Positions 25,764-38,241 of a DNA stretch of 64,000 nucleotides are shown here, piece by piece. The stretch is taken from NCBI RefSeq assembly GCF_006345805.1, contig NC_043005.1:9176001-9240000 (forward strand), read 5' to 3'. The stretch's first letter is position 1; every line of letters starts with the position of its first letter. The translations under genes and the position numbers were made by a program. This DNA is from Octopus sinensis (taxonomy: Eukaryota). The notes below the pieces were generated by a model. It worked only from the letters and a program-made list of their open reading frames with translations, made no database searches and was not told the DNA's origin.

Positions 25764-26030
25764 CTATATAATCGTTCTTCACTTCAGTTTTATTATTGTC
25801 CTTTGTCTGGAAATCTTTCGTCAGACATCCTGTGACCTGTTCAGCGACTCGCCATCTGACATGTTTTCTTCTGTTCTGTTTAGTCCATTCGCTAACAGGA
25901 GACAATGATGAGGAGCAAAGTGAGAAAGAGAGTCGCTGAAGACTTCACAGGATGTGTGACGAAAGATTTCCGAACAAAGGACACTAAAATAAGAACAATG
26001 ATGAAGCTGAGGTGGAGAAAGAGTATATAG
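25764..26030. mobile_element. Foldback element of inverted Penelope-type termini
   Basis: Arm 25764-25850 is approximately the reverse complement of 25930-26030; decayed CTGAAGA...GAAA motif at 25936-25964. Confidence 0.65.
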
Positions 26031-26718
26031 TGTATATTTATTTAGCAAGACACAAAAATTACCCCCCGAAATATAACAATATCTGTCTCAGCAATCGATT
26101 TCACATGAGGAATCTTGCAAAACAATGCATAAATGTAAAAGAACAATATTGTTATTTGAAGCGAATGTTTACAAAGGAATGATATCAGCTCCTTACGCAG
26201 TTTGTATCTAATAACAGACATTCAAATACTCAATTTTCCCCGGTTTTGAATTAGAATTCTGGAAAGATTCTGTTGACTTAAATTAAAGGAACACCATAAG
26301 GGGATAAGGTACAATATGTACATGGAATTTGACATACAAGTAATAGAAACTAAATTTCCCTTAAAATACAATTACGGTCTTATTACAGAACGGACACATT
26401 GGATTATACAGGCAAAAATCCAACACACTTATAACAAATATGTTGCCCGTATTTGGAGTGGCTCCGTTCTTCCGAATTGTAGTAGTAGTCGTAACTTACG
26501 AGTGTGAGTTGCTTTAGCATCAGCTTCTGGCAGTTTGGTAAATCGAGTACCAATCTCAGAATAGTCAACTTAGTAACAGTAGAGACACGGTGTTTCGCCA
26601 ACACAGATTCTGGTTTTGATATCCTAATATTTGAAATAATATTCGCTTCTTCCCTATAAACTTGAGACAATAGTTATAAGTAGTTACTAATTGTAATATG
26701 TTATACTGTGGTCATAAA

Positions 26719-26949
26719 GGCGGCGAGCTGGCAGAAACGTTAGCGCGCCGGGCGAAATGCTTAGCGGTATTTCGTCTGCCGTTACGTTGTGAGTTCAAAT
26801 TCCGCTGGGGTCGACTTTGCCTTTCATCCTTTCGGGGTCGATAAATTAAGTACCAGTTATGCACTGGGGTCGATGTAATTCACTTAATACCTATGTCTGT
26901 CCTTATTTGTCCCCTCTATGTTTAGCCCCTTGTGGGTAATAAAGAAATA
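26719..26949 (+). mobile_element. SINE family B with 19-bp target-site duplication
   Basis: gttatactgtggtcataaa at 26700-26718 and 26950-26968. Confidence 0.93.
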
Positions 26950-27689
26950 GTTATACTGTGGTCATAAAATTGAGGTAGCTTAATAAGTGGTCTTTATATC
27001 TTTATTTCCTGTATTGACAGACTCATATTCATGCTGAACCCGTAAAAAAATAAATTTAAATATAGTGACCCTGAAAAAATACTAATTGCCAATTTTAATA
27101 ACTTTCATACCAGCGAATTTGCCCCAGATGTATTAATTTAAAATGGACACACACAGACATAGGTAGACAGACAGACACACACACCCACACAAAAGTAGAA
27201 AAGGAAAAAAAAACCGTAACCATTCCAATATCACCAGTCGTAGATACTAACCAGATAATGATCTCAACATATGTAATTACACTTCTTGCCTCAATGGATA
27301 TCACCAAGATAAAGCATTTTCGAAGAATTATTCTTGAGAAGATTATAAAATCTCCTTAATATAATCAACACAAAGTTGGAAGCAAGAGAAGAAAAAAATA
27401 ATGAGAATTATAACGATAAAGTTCCAATTACGAGAACAAATTAGTCTAAATCATAAATGATAAAAAGTATTTAGTGTTTTGAAGCTAGAGACATATATTC
27501 TGAGCTAAATATCATTATAATTTCAATTAATAAGTGTTTACGAAGAATAGGATAACGTCACCATGATATCTGTGATAAATTTTGTTTCAGAACTTCAGTT
27601 ATTACAAGGAAGTGTTATTCAAATAATGTAATGCTCTCTTTTATTTCCTGGGGGTGGGGGTGATTTCAAATTTTGCCACAACGGCAACC

Positions 27690-28270
27690 ATTTTGGGGGG
27701 CGGGTATGTGTCGATTACATCGACCAGAGTGTTTAACTGGAACTTAATGTATCAACGCCCGAAAGGATGAGAAGCAAAGTCGTCCTCGGCAGAATTTGAT
27801 GTCAGAAGGTAGCGTCAGACGAAATACCTATTTGTTTACTGCCCACAAGGGGCTAAACACAGAGTGGACAAACAAGGACAAACGGATTAAGTCGATTATA
27901 TCGACCCCAGTGCGTAACTGGTACTTATTTAATCGACCCCGAAAGGATGAAAAGTAAAGTCAACCTCGGCGAAATTTGAACTCAGAACGTAACGGCAGAC
28001 GAAATACGGCTACGCATTTTGCCCGGCGTGCTAACGTTTCTGCCAGCTTGCCGCTTTAATTTTCAGGGGAAATAATGGATTCTAATTTAGGTACAAGATC
28101 AGAAATAGGAGAGGCTTAGCTGATTCCATCGATCTAATACGTGACCGGTACTTTATTACATCGATCCCGAAAGGATGGATGGCAAAACTGACCTCAGCTG
28201 TATTTCAAATGAAAATGTAAAGACATGCTGCAAAGTATCTAATGCACTTACAATTTTACCAGCTTCCACC
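27690..28270 (-). mobile_element. Cluster of three same-strand SINE family B copies
   Basis: Full copy at 27829-28056 flanked by degenerate copies. Confidence 0.8.
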
Positions 28271-28992
28271 TTTTCTTGATGCAAAAAGTGTTTATTTTGC
28301 AATACTTACACGATCTAAAACAGGTTACCGATGATCTAATTATAGTTTTGCGAACTGATATCTACAGTGATAGCAAAACAGTGTTGATTCAAATTCTCAT
28401 TGTTTTTAAATCCACTTCTGTGAGTGTGGTACAATTTCTAGGACAGTCACCCTTTAATATTTGAAATATATCGCAGTACACATTCAATCTGTCATTTCTT
28501 TACACAGAAACAAGTCATCTGAAAATGCTTGTGGGAAACAATGGTATCGAAATAATATGCAAACAGAACGGATGGGGATGTTTTTATTTGGTTTACGCTT
28601 TGCTTACTCTTCCTATAATGTTAGAAGTAGTCTATTTATCTTTTTTGACACCACTAACCATGATGTCATATTGTTTGCTACACTGGTTTCGTACTTTGGG
28701 AGATATTTTCTCACCTATGATGTCTCTGATAGTATTATAACCTTGATGTTTTTGATAATACTGATGACGCTTACGCTGTGGTTGTTGTAATATTATTTTA
28801 CGAGACTTCTGGCGTCCATGCACTTGATATTTTGTTGATAAAGTCTTGTTGAGATTTCACTCGTAAATACTCGTGTACTTGTTGTCCTTTTTTTATTGTT
28901 ATTCCTTTTGTTGTTGATGATAGACAACGACAGGAGTCGTATATTAACCATATATTGCCAACATGTGAAGGGAAAATAACAATTTTCAACAT

Positions 28993-29189
28993 ACACTTTA
29001 CTTGTTTCAGTCATTTGAGTGCGGTCATGCTGGAGCACCGCCTTTAGTCGAGCAAATCGACCCCGGGACTTATTCTTTGTAAGCCTAGTACTTATTCTAT
29101 CGGTTATTTTGCCGAACCGCTAAGTGACGGGGACATAAACACACCAGCATCGGTTGTCAAGCAATGCTAGAGAGACAAACACACACACA

Positions 29190-29235
<46 letters not shown>

Positions 29236-29413
29236 TACATATACATATATACGACGGTCTTCTTTCAGTTTCCGTCTACGAAATCCACTCACAAGGCTTT
29301 GGTCGGCCCGAAGCTATAGTCGAAGACACTTGCCTAAGATGCTACGCAGTAGGACTGAACCCGGAACCATGTGGTTGGTAAGCAAGCTACTTACTGCGTT
29401 GCCACTCCTGCGC
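28993..29413 (-). mobile_element. SINE family A, full length
   Basis: Homology to other family A copies. Confidence 0.9.
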
Positions 29414-30409
29414 ATTCTCTGGATAAGTTGCTCTCAAAGATATTTATTGTTTTTAATATTGTTGCTGGTGAAGGTGTTCAGTTCCAGAATTATCACCAAT
29501 CGCCTTTGTTGTCATTTTCGGTTTCCCGTATAAATCTTGATCAGCGTGTTCACTGGGATGGACATGCCCTATGACTTCAACCTTAATCATCCCATTGTTT
29601 TGTCAAATATATTATATCCACGATTTCATCAGCTAACAAATTCTTCCTTTATTTTCGAGACGGTGAACTGTGATTTAAGGTACGCTTACTTACTTTGTTG
29701 CATTTCATTTCTTTTAAGAAAAGCACATCCTTATAACACATATCGGCCTCCTCTCACAATTAACTACGCAACGCACCTGGACATTTAAGAGCTTGAAATT
29801 GGACGCTCATATGGATATCTATTTTAATATATGTAGATATTAGACAAAAAGAAATTATCTTATAAAATTCCTTAGCTTACAGCAGTTTCTGCCATAATAT
29901 GCGGTGGACTCATAATTAAATGCCTGTGCAACATTTCATAGCTTCATCGAAGCCTCAAACACAGCGTGCAGTTTATTTGCGAAAACAATTACATTTAAGT
30001 ATGTATATATTACCAGTAAGAAAATATATGTGAGAAATGGAAGCCAGAGGGTCCTCCTATGATTATAATAAGATTAATTCTAAGATGCGCATGCTGATAA
30101 CTAATAGCAACTCGACTAGCGCTTCGTTCAGAGGCTCGCGTATATTGAGTTCTATACTTGGTTATTATTAGTATCGCAATGCGTAAGTGAAATATATGCA
30201 GATACATATTACAAAATTTGCAGTATATTTAAGTGTTTAACAGTTCATGTATTTAAATACCTTCAAGTCAAAGTATCGCACACTACCAAGCATTGACACT
30301 CATGTACAAGCAAAAAAGACCACGGTTTATATACCAAAACTGATTATAATCTATGTATATATATATATACAAATATATCTATGTATAAGTGTATATATAT
30401 ACATATATA

Positions 30410-30642
30410 AAGGCGGCGAGCTGGCAAACACGTTAGCACACCGGGCGAAATGCGTAGCCGTATTTCGTCTGCCGTTACGTTCTGAGTTCAAATTCCGCCG
30501 AGGTCGACTTTGCCTTTCATCCTTTCGGGGTCGGTAAATTAAGTATCAGTTTCGCACTGGGGTCGATGTAATCGACTTAATCCCTTTGTCTGTCCTTGTT
30601 TGTCCCCTCTATGTTTAGCCCCTTGTGGGTAGTAAAGAAATA
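30410..30642 (+). mobile_element. SINE family B, full length
   Basis: Homology to other family B copies. Confidence 0.9.
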
Positions 30643-30843
30643 TATATATACATATATATGCATACATATATAACTATATAAATGTGTGTTTGTGTGTGCA
30701 TGTGAAGGTGCGTGGCTTAGTATTTCGGGTATTCGGCTCACGATCGTAAAGTTGTGGGTTCGATTTACGGCGATTGTTTGCGTCCATCAGTAAGACACAT
30801 TATCTCAACCGGAGTCCTAGTCATTGCAACCGACGGTTTGCCA

Positions 30844-30874
<31 letters not shown>

Positions 30875-30914
30875 ACACTCAGGGTGAAAAATTAGATATT
30901 AATTTAATAATACC

Positions 30915-31130
30915 TATTTCTTTACTACCCACAACGGGCTAAACACAGAGGGGACAAACAAGGACAGACAAACGGATTAAGTCGATTCCATCGACCCCAG
31001 TGCGTAATTGGTACTTTATTTATCGACCTCGAAAGGATGAAAGGCAAAGTTGACCTCGGCGGAATTTGAACTACGAAATACCACAAAGCATTTCGCCCGG
31101 CGTGCTATCGATTCTGCTAGCTCGCCGCCT
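30915..31130 (-). mobile_element. SINE family B, inverted relative to 30410-30642
   Basis: Homology to family B; approximate duplication ttaatttaata(a)tacc on both sides. Confidence 0.88.
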
Positions 31131-31356
31131 TAATTTAATAATACCATCAGTTTAACACCAAGTGGCTTAGCACAAAAAACCAGGGAGACAATACAAATTT
31201 ATACGTAAATATAAGAGAGTTACCGTTAAGTGGTTAACTCTAGTGCTAAAAAATAGCTCCTTATTCTGGTATAGCCACCGAAGTTGTTTCCACAAAGAAA
31301 TAACATTACCTTCAACGTAAGGAAAGTGAAATACAACGAAAAGATATATATATATA

Positions 31357-31652
31357 TTGTCCCTTCTCAAGCCATCCCTGGCTCATAGGGCCGATTTCCC
31401 GGTTTCCTTGGCGTATAGGTTGCCCACCTGGAGGTGACGCCGGTCCGTCGCAGGTGAGATGCAAGATGCAGGAGGAAAGAGTGAGAGAAAGTTGTGGCGA
31501 AAGTGTCAGCAGAAGTTCGCCATTACCTTCTGCTTGAGCCGCGTGGAGCTCAGGTGTTCCGCTCATAAACACACACACATCGTCCGGGCTGAGATTCGAA
31601 CCCGCGATCCATCGACCGCGAGTCCGCTGCTCTAGCCCCTAGGCAATGTGCT
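31357..31652 (-). mobile_element. SINE family C
   Basis: Reverse complement homologous to 14081-14374; B box gattcgaaccc. Confidence 0.85.
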
Positions 31653-31707
31653 TACACACACACACATACACACACACACATACTCACACACACATACACG
31701 CACACAC

Positions 31708-31738
<31 letters not shown>

Positions 31739-31960
31739 AACGCACGCACACACACAAACCCACACACACACACACACATATATATACACTGTGAAAATAA
31801 AAAGTGTAGATAATTTTTTAAAGATTTACACGCATGTGTCATAAAATCAATAGACAACATATTTTCATATATAACAGTGTATAAACATTTTACGTATTTA
31901 TACACGAAAGATGTGACATTTGACAGGGCACTGTGTATAATAGAAAGGGCACTTTAGGCC

Positions 31961-34065
31961 CTTATTGATTAATATAGGTATATATTTATCTAAAATGTAC
32001 TTACTACCCCAGACAACCAAGATTCATCGTTAAGGACCATAAACAGAACTTTCATACCAACCCGGCATTGCGGCTCATATGCCCTTCTAGTTACGACATC
32101 GGTACCCTTAGTAAGTACATTTTAGATAAATATATACCTATATTAATCAATAAGTTAAAACTTAGCTTATGGTCTAACTCTGCTCAAGTCGTAGAGTGGT
32201 TTACTTCTATTATTGATAAGGCCAACACAAAATTTATACAATTCGATATATCTAGTTTCTACCCTTCAATCAACCCTAGTGTATTTAATAAGGCCCTATG
32301 GCACGCGCTCAATAAGGCAGGCCTCTCCAGGGAGGAAATTAATGTGATATTAGCAGCTAGAAAATCTTTCATATAGTTCGATAATAAGTTGTGGGACCGC
32401 AGAGACACCCCTAACGCGTTCGATGTGATAATGAGAAGTACAGACAGCGCCCAGACCGCCGATTTGGTCGGAATTTATATTCTCTGTGAATTGGCCGACC
32501 AATTCCCGGACATCTGTGGCGGTCTGTATCGAGACGATTGTCTGCTTTACCTCCAGAATGCTTCGAACCAAAAAATACAGAAGGTTAAGAACAGATTAGC
32601 TAGATTTTTTAGTAGAATGGGCTTGAGCATAATTTTTGACGACGAATTAACTAAAGCCAACTTCTTAGACATTACCCTAAATCTGCAGAATAATTTGTAC
32701 TTCCCTTATAAACTTTCTACTAATCTTAAATATATCAGCATTTTCAGTAATCATGCCAAAACAATTACCGATAATTTAGTTAAAAACATTTCTTTAAGAC
32801 TGTCAAAATTATCTGCTAATATCGACATCTTTAACCAAAAAGCGGAATTTTATAACGCCGCTTTGTCAAAAGCCGGTTATAGAGATAAAGTATCATACAT
32901 CGACCCAGTCCATTCTAAACCAATATATACTTCTCAGGATAGGAAAACTAATAACAATAGAAATAGTGAGAATAATGATTTCAGTTCTAACAACGTCGGC
33001 AACCCTGTACATAAGAGAAATAATTTACGGACCAGGGGAGGCAATCGACATCCAACCCCAAATTTCCAGCACAGAAATTTTCCCTTTACTGTCACTAATA
33101 ACGCTATGAGCAATTCTAAGTCCACAAAAAACTATATCTGGTTTGTTATACCTTTCGGAAAACAAATCAAATCGAACCTTCCTTTACAGTTCCGTGAAGC
33201 CGTGGCTAGGAACTTTCCCAGGAATTCTAGGTATTATTCTTTTATAAATTCACATAAGGTAAGAATTACATTCTCTAACACTAGAAATCTTTCGCAAATT
33301 ATTGCTTCCCATAATAACAAGCTGCTAAACAAAGATTCTTCACCTGGGAGTTCCAACACTATTCTTACCAATTCCAACCAAACATACAATAATAATAATA
33401 GAAATAGTATTGATAGTAGCAACATTCGTAGCAGCGTTAGTGTTAGCAATGATAATATTAATAATAGCATTAGTCGGGTCAATAACAGTGGTAGTGTTGA
33501 TGGTAACAACAACAACATTTCTATTGTCAGGGATATTGCCGGTTATAGTACAATTAATAATAATAACAATAATAGAAATAGTGTAGTGGTTAATGCTAGC
33601 AGTAATACAAACAGCAATCATAACAATAAAAACTCCGTCTTGATCTCGGAGGAAAACCCTAACAGATTAAAGTTCTTGTCCAGTAATTCCAAAATTAAAA
33701 ATTCCATTTACCAGTGTAAAATTTCTTCTGGTCCCGATGTCTTCTTCTATATTGGTGCGACAACTTCTCGATTGTCCCAGAGAATTTCCAATCATTATTC
33801 AACTTTCCGAGATAAGAGAAAACAACAAAGTACAGGACTAAGTAAATTAGTTTGGCGTCTTAAGGACAACAATATAACTTTCAAGTTGGATTGGTCCATA
33901 TTGTATGTATCCTTTCCTTTTGGTAAGGGCAGGAAATATTGTGGCATTTGTAATTCTGAACTCTTCTATATCCTTTTCGCCAAGTTCCCCTTGGTAAACA
34001 CACTAATAGAAAAATCCTATAAATGTAAGCATTGGCAGAAGCACACTTTCCACTCATATAAATGA
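31961..34065 (+). mobile_element. 5'-truncated Penelope-like retroelement (Naiad-like architecture)
   Basis: RT plus C-terminal GIY-YIG in a single frame; inverted 46-bp segment at the 5' junction. Confidence 0.9.
32008..34065 (+). pseudogene. PLE reverse transcriptase-GIY-YIG endonuclease polyprotein with one in-frame TAG (32374-32376)
   Basis: FIVKDHKQNF..P..RLICP, IQFDISSFYPSI, GLYRDD, NFLDITLNL, SNH, YIWF, SIYQCKI...FYIGAT..R..RISNH, CGIC..E and KCKH. ORFs 32068-32376 and 32389-34065 share one frame. Confidence 0.9.
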
Positions 34066-34294
34066 TAAATAATATAGATAACCTCTTTGATTTTAATAAT
34101 TACTTTCATGTCTACACCACTGCCATAGACAAATTCTTTCTGTCTACTCCCTTGCATGAAACATTACTACTAAATATCGTTGGCGTATGTTTATCTCTTT
34201 CTCTCTACCTCTCCCCCCCTCTCTCTCTCTCTATCATACGCACAATCAAACACACAGACACAAATTTATCACCTCACTACTAAATATATTTGAC

Positions 34295-35090
34295 AATTGT
34301 CCCCACACACACACAATTACACACACACACATACAGACACAAATGCAATTATATACACACACTCATACACACACATAAACACTCAAACTCATTAACAAAA
34401 GCAAACACCTGCGTATCCTCATACATACATGCTGTATATATATATATACAACATACGATATACTTACATATACGAACGTATATACATACATATATATATA
34501 TGTACGTATTTACACGACCAGTTTAAATTGCCCGCCTTACAGCTCCTCGTGCGATATGGTCAGAATAAAAACCGCAGTGAATATGGTGACGAAATAAATA
34601 TAATAATTTATATAAATAAGGATAAGATCGATATTTAAATATCGGTCTTTTCAAGTGGCCAGCATGGAAATAAAAACCTTTTAAAGGTAATAATTATTTA
34701 AAATTATAATGTAGGGTGGTGGTGGTGACCCCCTTCGGTCAGACACTGACCATGGGTTTGCCCCTAGAGAGTTACCCTCTGAGGCACAAGTCTGGGCAAG
34801 GTTGTTTTATGGAAGACCAGCAGTCGCCCATGCATACCGGCCTCCCCTCTCCACGTCACCGATGTTGTCCAAGGGAAAGGCAAAGGGGCCGATACAGCTT
34901 GGCACCTGTGACGTCGCAACTCATTTCTACAGCTGAGTGAATGTAGGGTATCTAAGAGATAACACCACCACGCTGAAAATAGCAGGCAAAACTTGACTCT
35001 AGCAGATGTTGGTATCGAGTAACTGAAATGATTTTAATATTGTGATAGAGGACATTGAATATTAGCAACGATATTACGAAGAAATGAGCA
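34295..35090. repeat. Repeat homologous to the 7780-8916 unit, downstream of the PLE ORF (candidate pLTR)
   Basis: Shared tatacttacatatacgaac, ccagtt.aaattgcccgcc, atcgatatttaaatatcg, caagtggccagcatgg and caccacca(c/t)gctgaaa. Confidence 0.65.
34718..34939 (-). mobile_element. 5'-truncated SINE (CORE-like, family D) inserted with a 10-bp TSD
   Basis: aatgtagggt at 34708-34717 and 34940-34949; equivalent empty site aatttagggtatctaagagat near 50066; minus strand begins tcactcagctgtagaaatgagt. Confidence 0.75.
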
Positions 35091-35343
35091 ACAGAACCAA
35101 AAACGAGATTCGATATACATATTTAGAGATTGTACTTCAAAAACTGAGAGGATACTTCAAGGAAGCTTCACTGGTCTTCAAAACGTCAAGCAAGATAGTA
35201 AAACTACTTTGATTGATTCTTATATTACATTGACTCTTTACTGTCTGTCTGATTGTCTGTCTATCTCTGGCTGTTTGTCTGTCTCTCTCTTTCACTCTCT
35301 CTCACTCACCCCACATATATATATATATAGATCTGTCTGTCTT

Positions 35344-35376
<33 letters not shown>

Positions 35377-36285
35377 ATCAGGTATCATAATAATGATGAT
35401 AATAACAATAATAATAATAATGATAATAATAACAATATTATATATATATTTACACATCTATCTATCTACGCACAAATACACATAGATATACTATATACGT
35501 ATAGATACACATACACATACATACATAAATACATAAATTCATGCATACATATATACATACATGCTTACATACTTGCATGCATATACCTATGTAAATATAC
35601 ATATACGCCACGATAGATATTTAGATGGGGAGAGAGAGAAGGAAAGATGGAGGAAGGGCGAGAGAGAGATAGAGAGAAAGAGAAGGAGAGAATGATAGAG
35701 GGAGGGAGGGAGAGAGAGAGAGGGGGAGAGAGAGGGGAGAGAGAGAGAGAGAGAGGCAAAGATACAAAAATTATGAAAGGAAGCAAAAAAAATAGGACAC
35801 AGAAAGCATTGTGTGGTAAAAACGTACGGTGTATAAGTTTCTCTGAGAGAAAACGTCTTCGAGAGTGGAAGGAATACTGTCAGCCGTGTCCTTTTAAAAC
35901 GTTACTGTACTTTGTGAGAGGTATTTATATGCCGTTTCAAGCAAGTCGTACGTCCATATAGAAAGTTCCTTTCTTTATCTACAACAGCAAGTATTTTAAA
36001 GGCAATAATACATCATTTAAATTCGTCAAATTGTGCAATACGAAGAAGCTAAATCCATCGGATAGTTATGTTCCAAGATATTTTAGTGGCTTGGTGACAT
36101 TTCTTCTGTTATTTCTGCCATTTCAGTCATGTTACTGTTGAAATATAAACATTTCAGTGAGTTAATGAAATGTATTGCCGTTGGTTAGGCTTAAGGGGAA
36201 TTGAGAGAATCGTAAAAAAATTACTGAACAGTTAAATGCAATATGTATGAAGCCAGAGGAGTGTGTGTGTGTGTATTTGTGTGTA

Positions 36286-36321
<36 letters not shown>

Positions 36322-36473
36322 TGTGTGGGGGATATATTGAAGGATGTCACGGAAGTGGTACAAAAGAGATTATAACTTTTCATTAACTGACAGAGTTCGT
36401 CGAAATTGCACATGTTGGTAGGGCAATTATCTGACTTTATAATTTTTTCCATGAAGAAGTAACGTCCAAATCA

Positions 36474-36835
36474 TTGAGATTTTGGAGGTATTTAGCTGAT
36501 CCGACACCAACGGAACGTCACAGGTTCATTTACAGAGATACCCCATTGAAAAGAGGAATGTACAATGAAGCCAGAATTGAAGACAAACCACGCATTAGGA
36601 GACCATCAACTGCGACAATATTCACGAAACGCCGGTTAGTGAAGCGATTGATACGCGCGAACAGACGAATTACAATCCGTGAGGTTGATACAGATATGGT
36701 CTGTAGTCACAAAATATTAGGGAAAATGGTAGAACATTTTGGGTATCGGGACGTGGATGCCAAGTGGATACCTCAGCAGTCGACGTATCGATTTCATGCA
36801 GAACGTGTAGAAGTCTCGTGGTATCTGCTGGAAGC
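36474..36835 (+). pseudogene. Tc1/mariner transposase N-terminal HTH fragment
   Basis: EDKPRIRRPSTA...RLIRANRRITIREV...GYRDVDAKWIPQ matches the mariner D.PRSGRP..RRIT.RE..WVP pattern. Confidence 0.75.
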
Positions 36836-37150
36836 AAGAAGCCAACGAACACATACTCTTTTACTTGTTTCAATCATTTGACTGTAGCCATGCTGGAGCA
36901 CCAACTTTAATTAGTTTCTATGTTTTTGTTTTTACGTTTTCCTTTCTCATTGTTTTCAAAGTTTTCTTGATGTCCTGTACCCTTATATGCATGTATATAT
37001 ACATATATATGTAGGTATGTACATATATGTATGTATATATACATATACATATATATATTATTTATTTTATTATATGATCGAACGCCACGCATCCTTTTCC
37101 AAGTAAGTTTTATCTCTCTCTCTCTCTCTCTCTCTCTATTTATATATATA

Positions 37151-37190
<40 letters not shown>

Positions 37191-37841
37191 AAGTAAAACT
37201 GAGTAAGAGGGATGTATATATATAATATTGTATCATTCTAGTCTATCAATAAGGGCAAAATATCGCATAATGTAAAGTTAGATCGCATTATATATGTTTA
37301 GCATTTTTACTGTAATTGTTCGGTGAAACCCTTTAAGAGTTCTTGTGCATTAACATTTAAGAAAGACAGACCCATAAATAAGATCGGACCACAAAACCAG
37401 GGCAAATTTAAAAGGAAAACCTGTTTTTTAAATATTTTATAATATTGCTAAAATTTGCTTTATTTCCCCAGATAACAAACACTATATTAAATAATACAAA
37501 TTAATAAACTACAAACTTAAGGTGTTAGAGATATTTTATAAGATCGTTTGTGGCGTCTCCACAACATAGCTGTCATTTTAAAAGTATCTGAAAACATCTC
37601 GCTATGCAAGATATAATATTATGTTTTAGTGTTCATAATTTGCGGTAAAATGTCGTGAGACCAAAAGCAGGCAATGAATACGTGATTATAAAAATACGTT
37701 TTCTTCATTAAAACGTTGCCTTCAATATTATATCCTATAATATAACAGATAAATCGAGAAGACTCTAGAAGAGCGTGTAGAACATAGAAAACTATTACAT
37801 GTAAAACGTTGGGGATCGGAAACGAACATTATTCTATATAA

Positions 37842-38241
37842 AACTAGCAGTATCGCCCGGTGTTGCTCGGGTTTGTAAGGGAAATAACTATATAAGCATT
37901 TTTAGAGATGTAAAGCATAATAGCCATCTCAATATGGTTAACCACAAAGGAGGGGGTGTTACTGTAGCTTTTTACGTTCTGAGATTTAATAATAAATTTT
38001 TAGAGAGTTACTTCCCTTATATATGCCAAAAATGCATTAAAAATGGGAAAAATTGATGGTAAATTTGTTTTTAAATCGTAGACTCATCGTAGACGCGCGC
38101 TAATACCCAGAAGGGCTCGATATGAATCACGACTATAAGATACCCGGTTTTGGTTAAACTGCACCGCAAAATGTGGGAGTAGTTAGGAATCTAAATCGTA
38201 GGAGACAGACAGCACACAACCTCACTTTCATATATAAAGAT
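37842..38241 (+). mobile_element. Non-autonomous Helitron/Helentron-associated element (Lep1/DINE-1-like)
   Basis: Starts aactag...cgcccggtgttgctcggg (short hairpin) and ends acagacag...actttcatatataaagat. Confidence 0.6.

Noticed and set aside
32374-32376. Possible programmed readthrough or selenocysteine in the PLE ORF
   Set aside because: The stop is TAG, not TGA, at a non-Cys position; a simple nonsense mutation is more parsimonious
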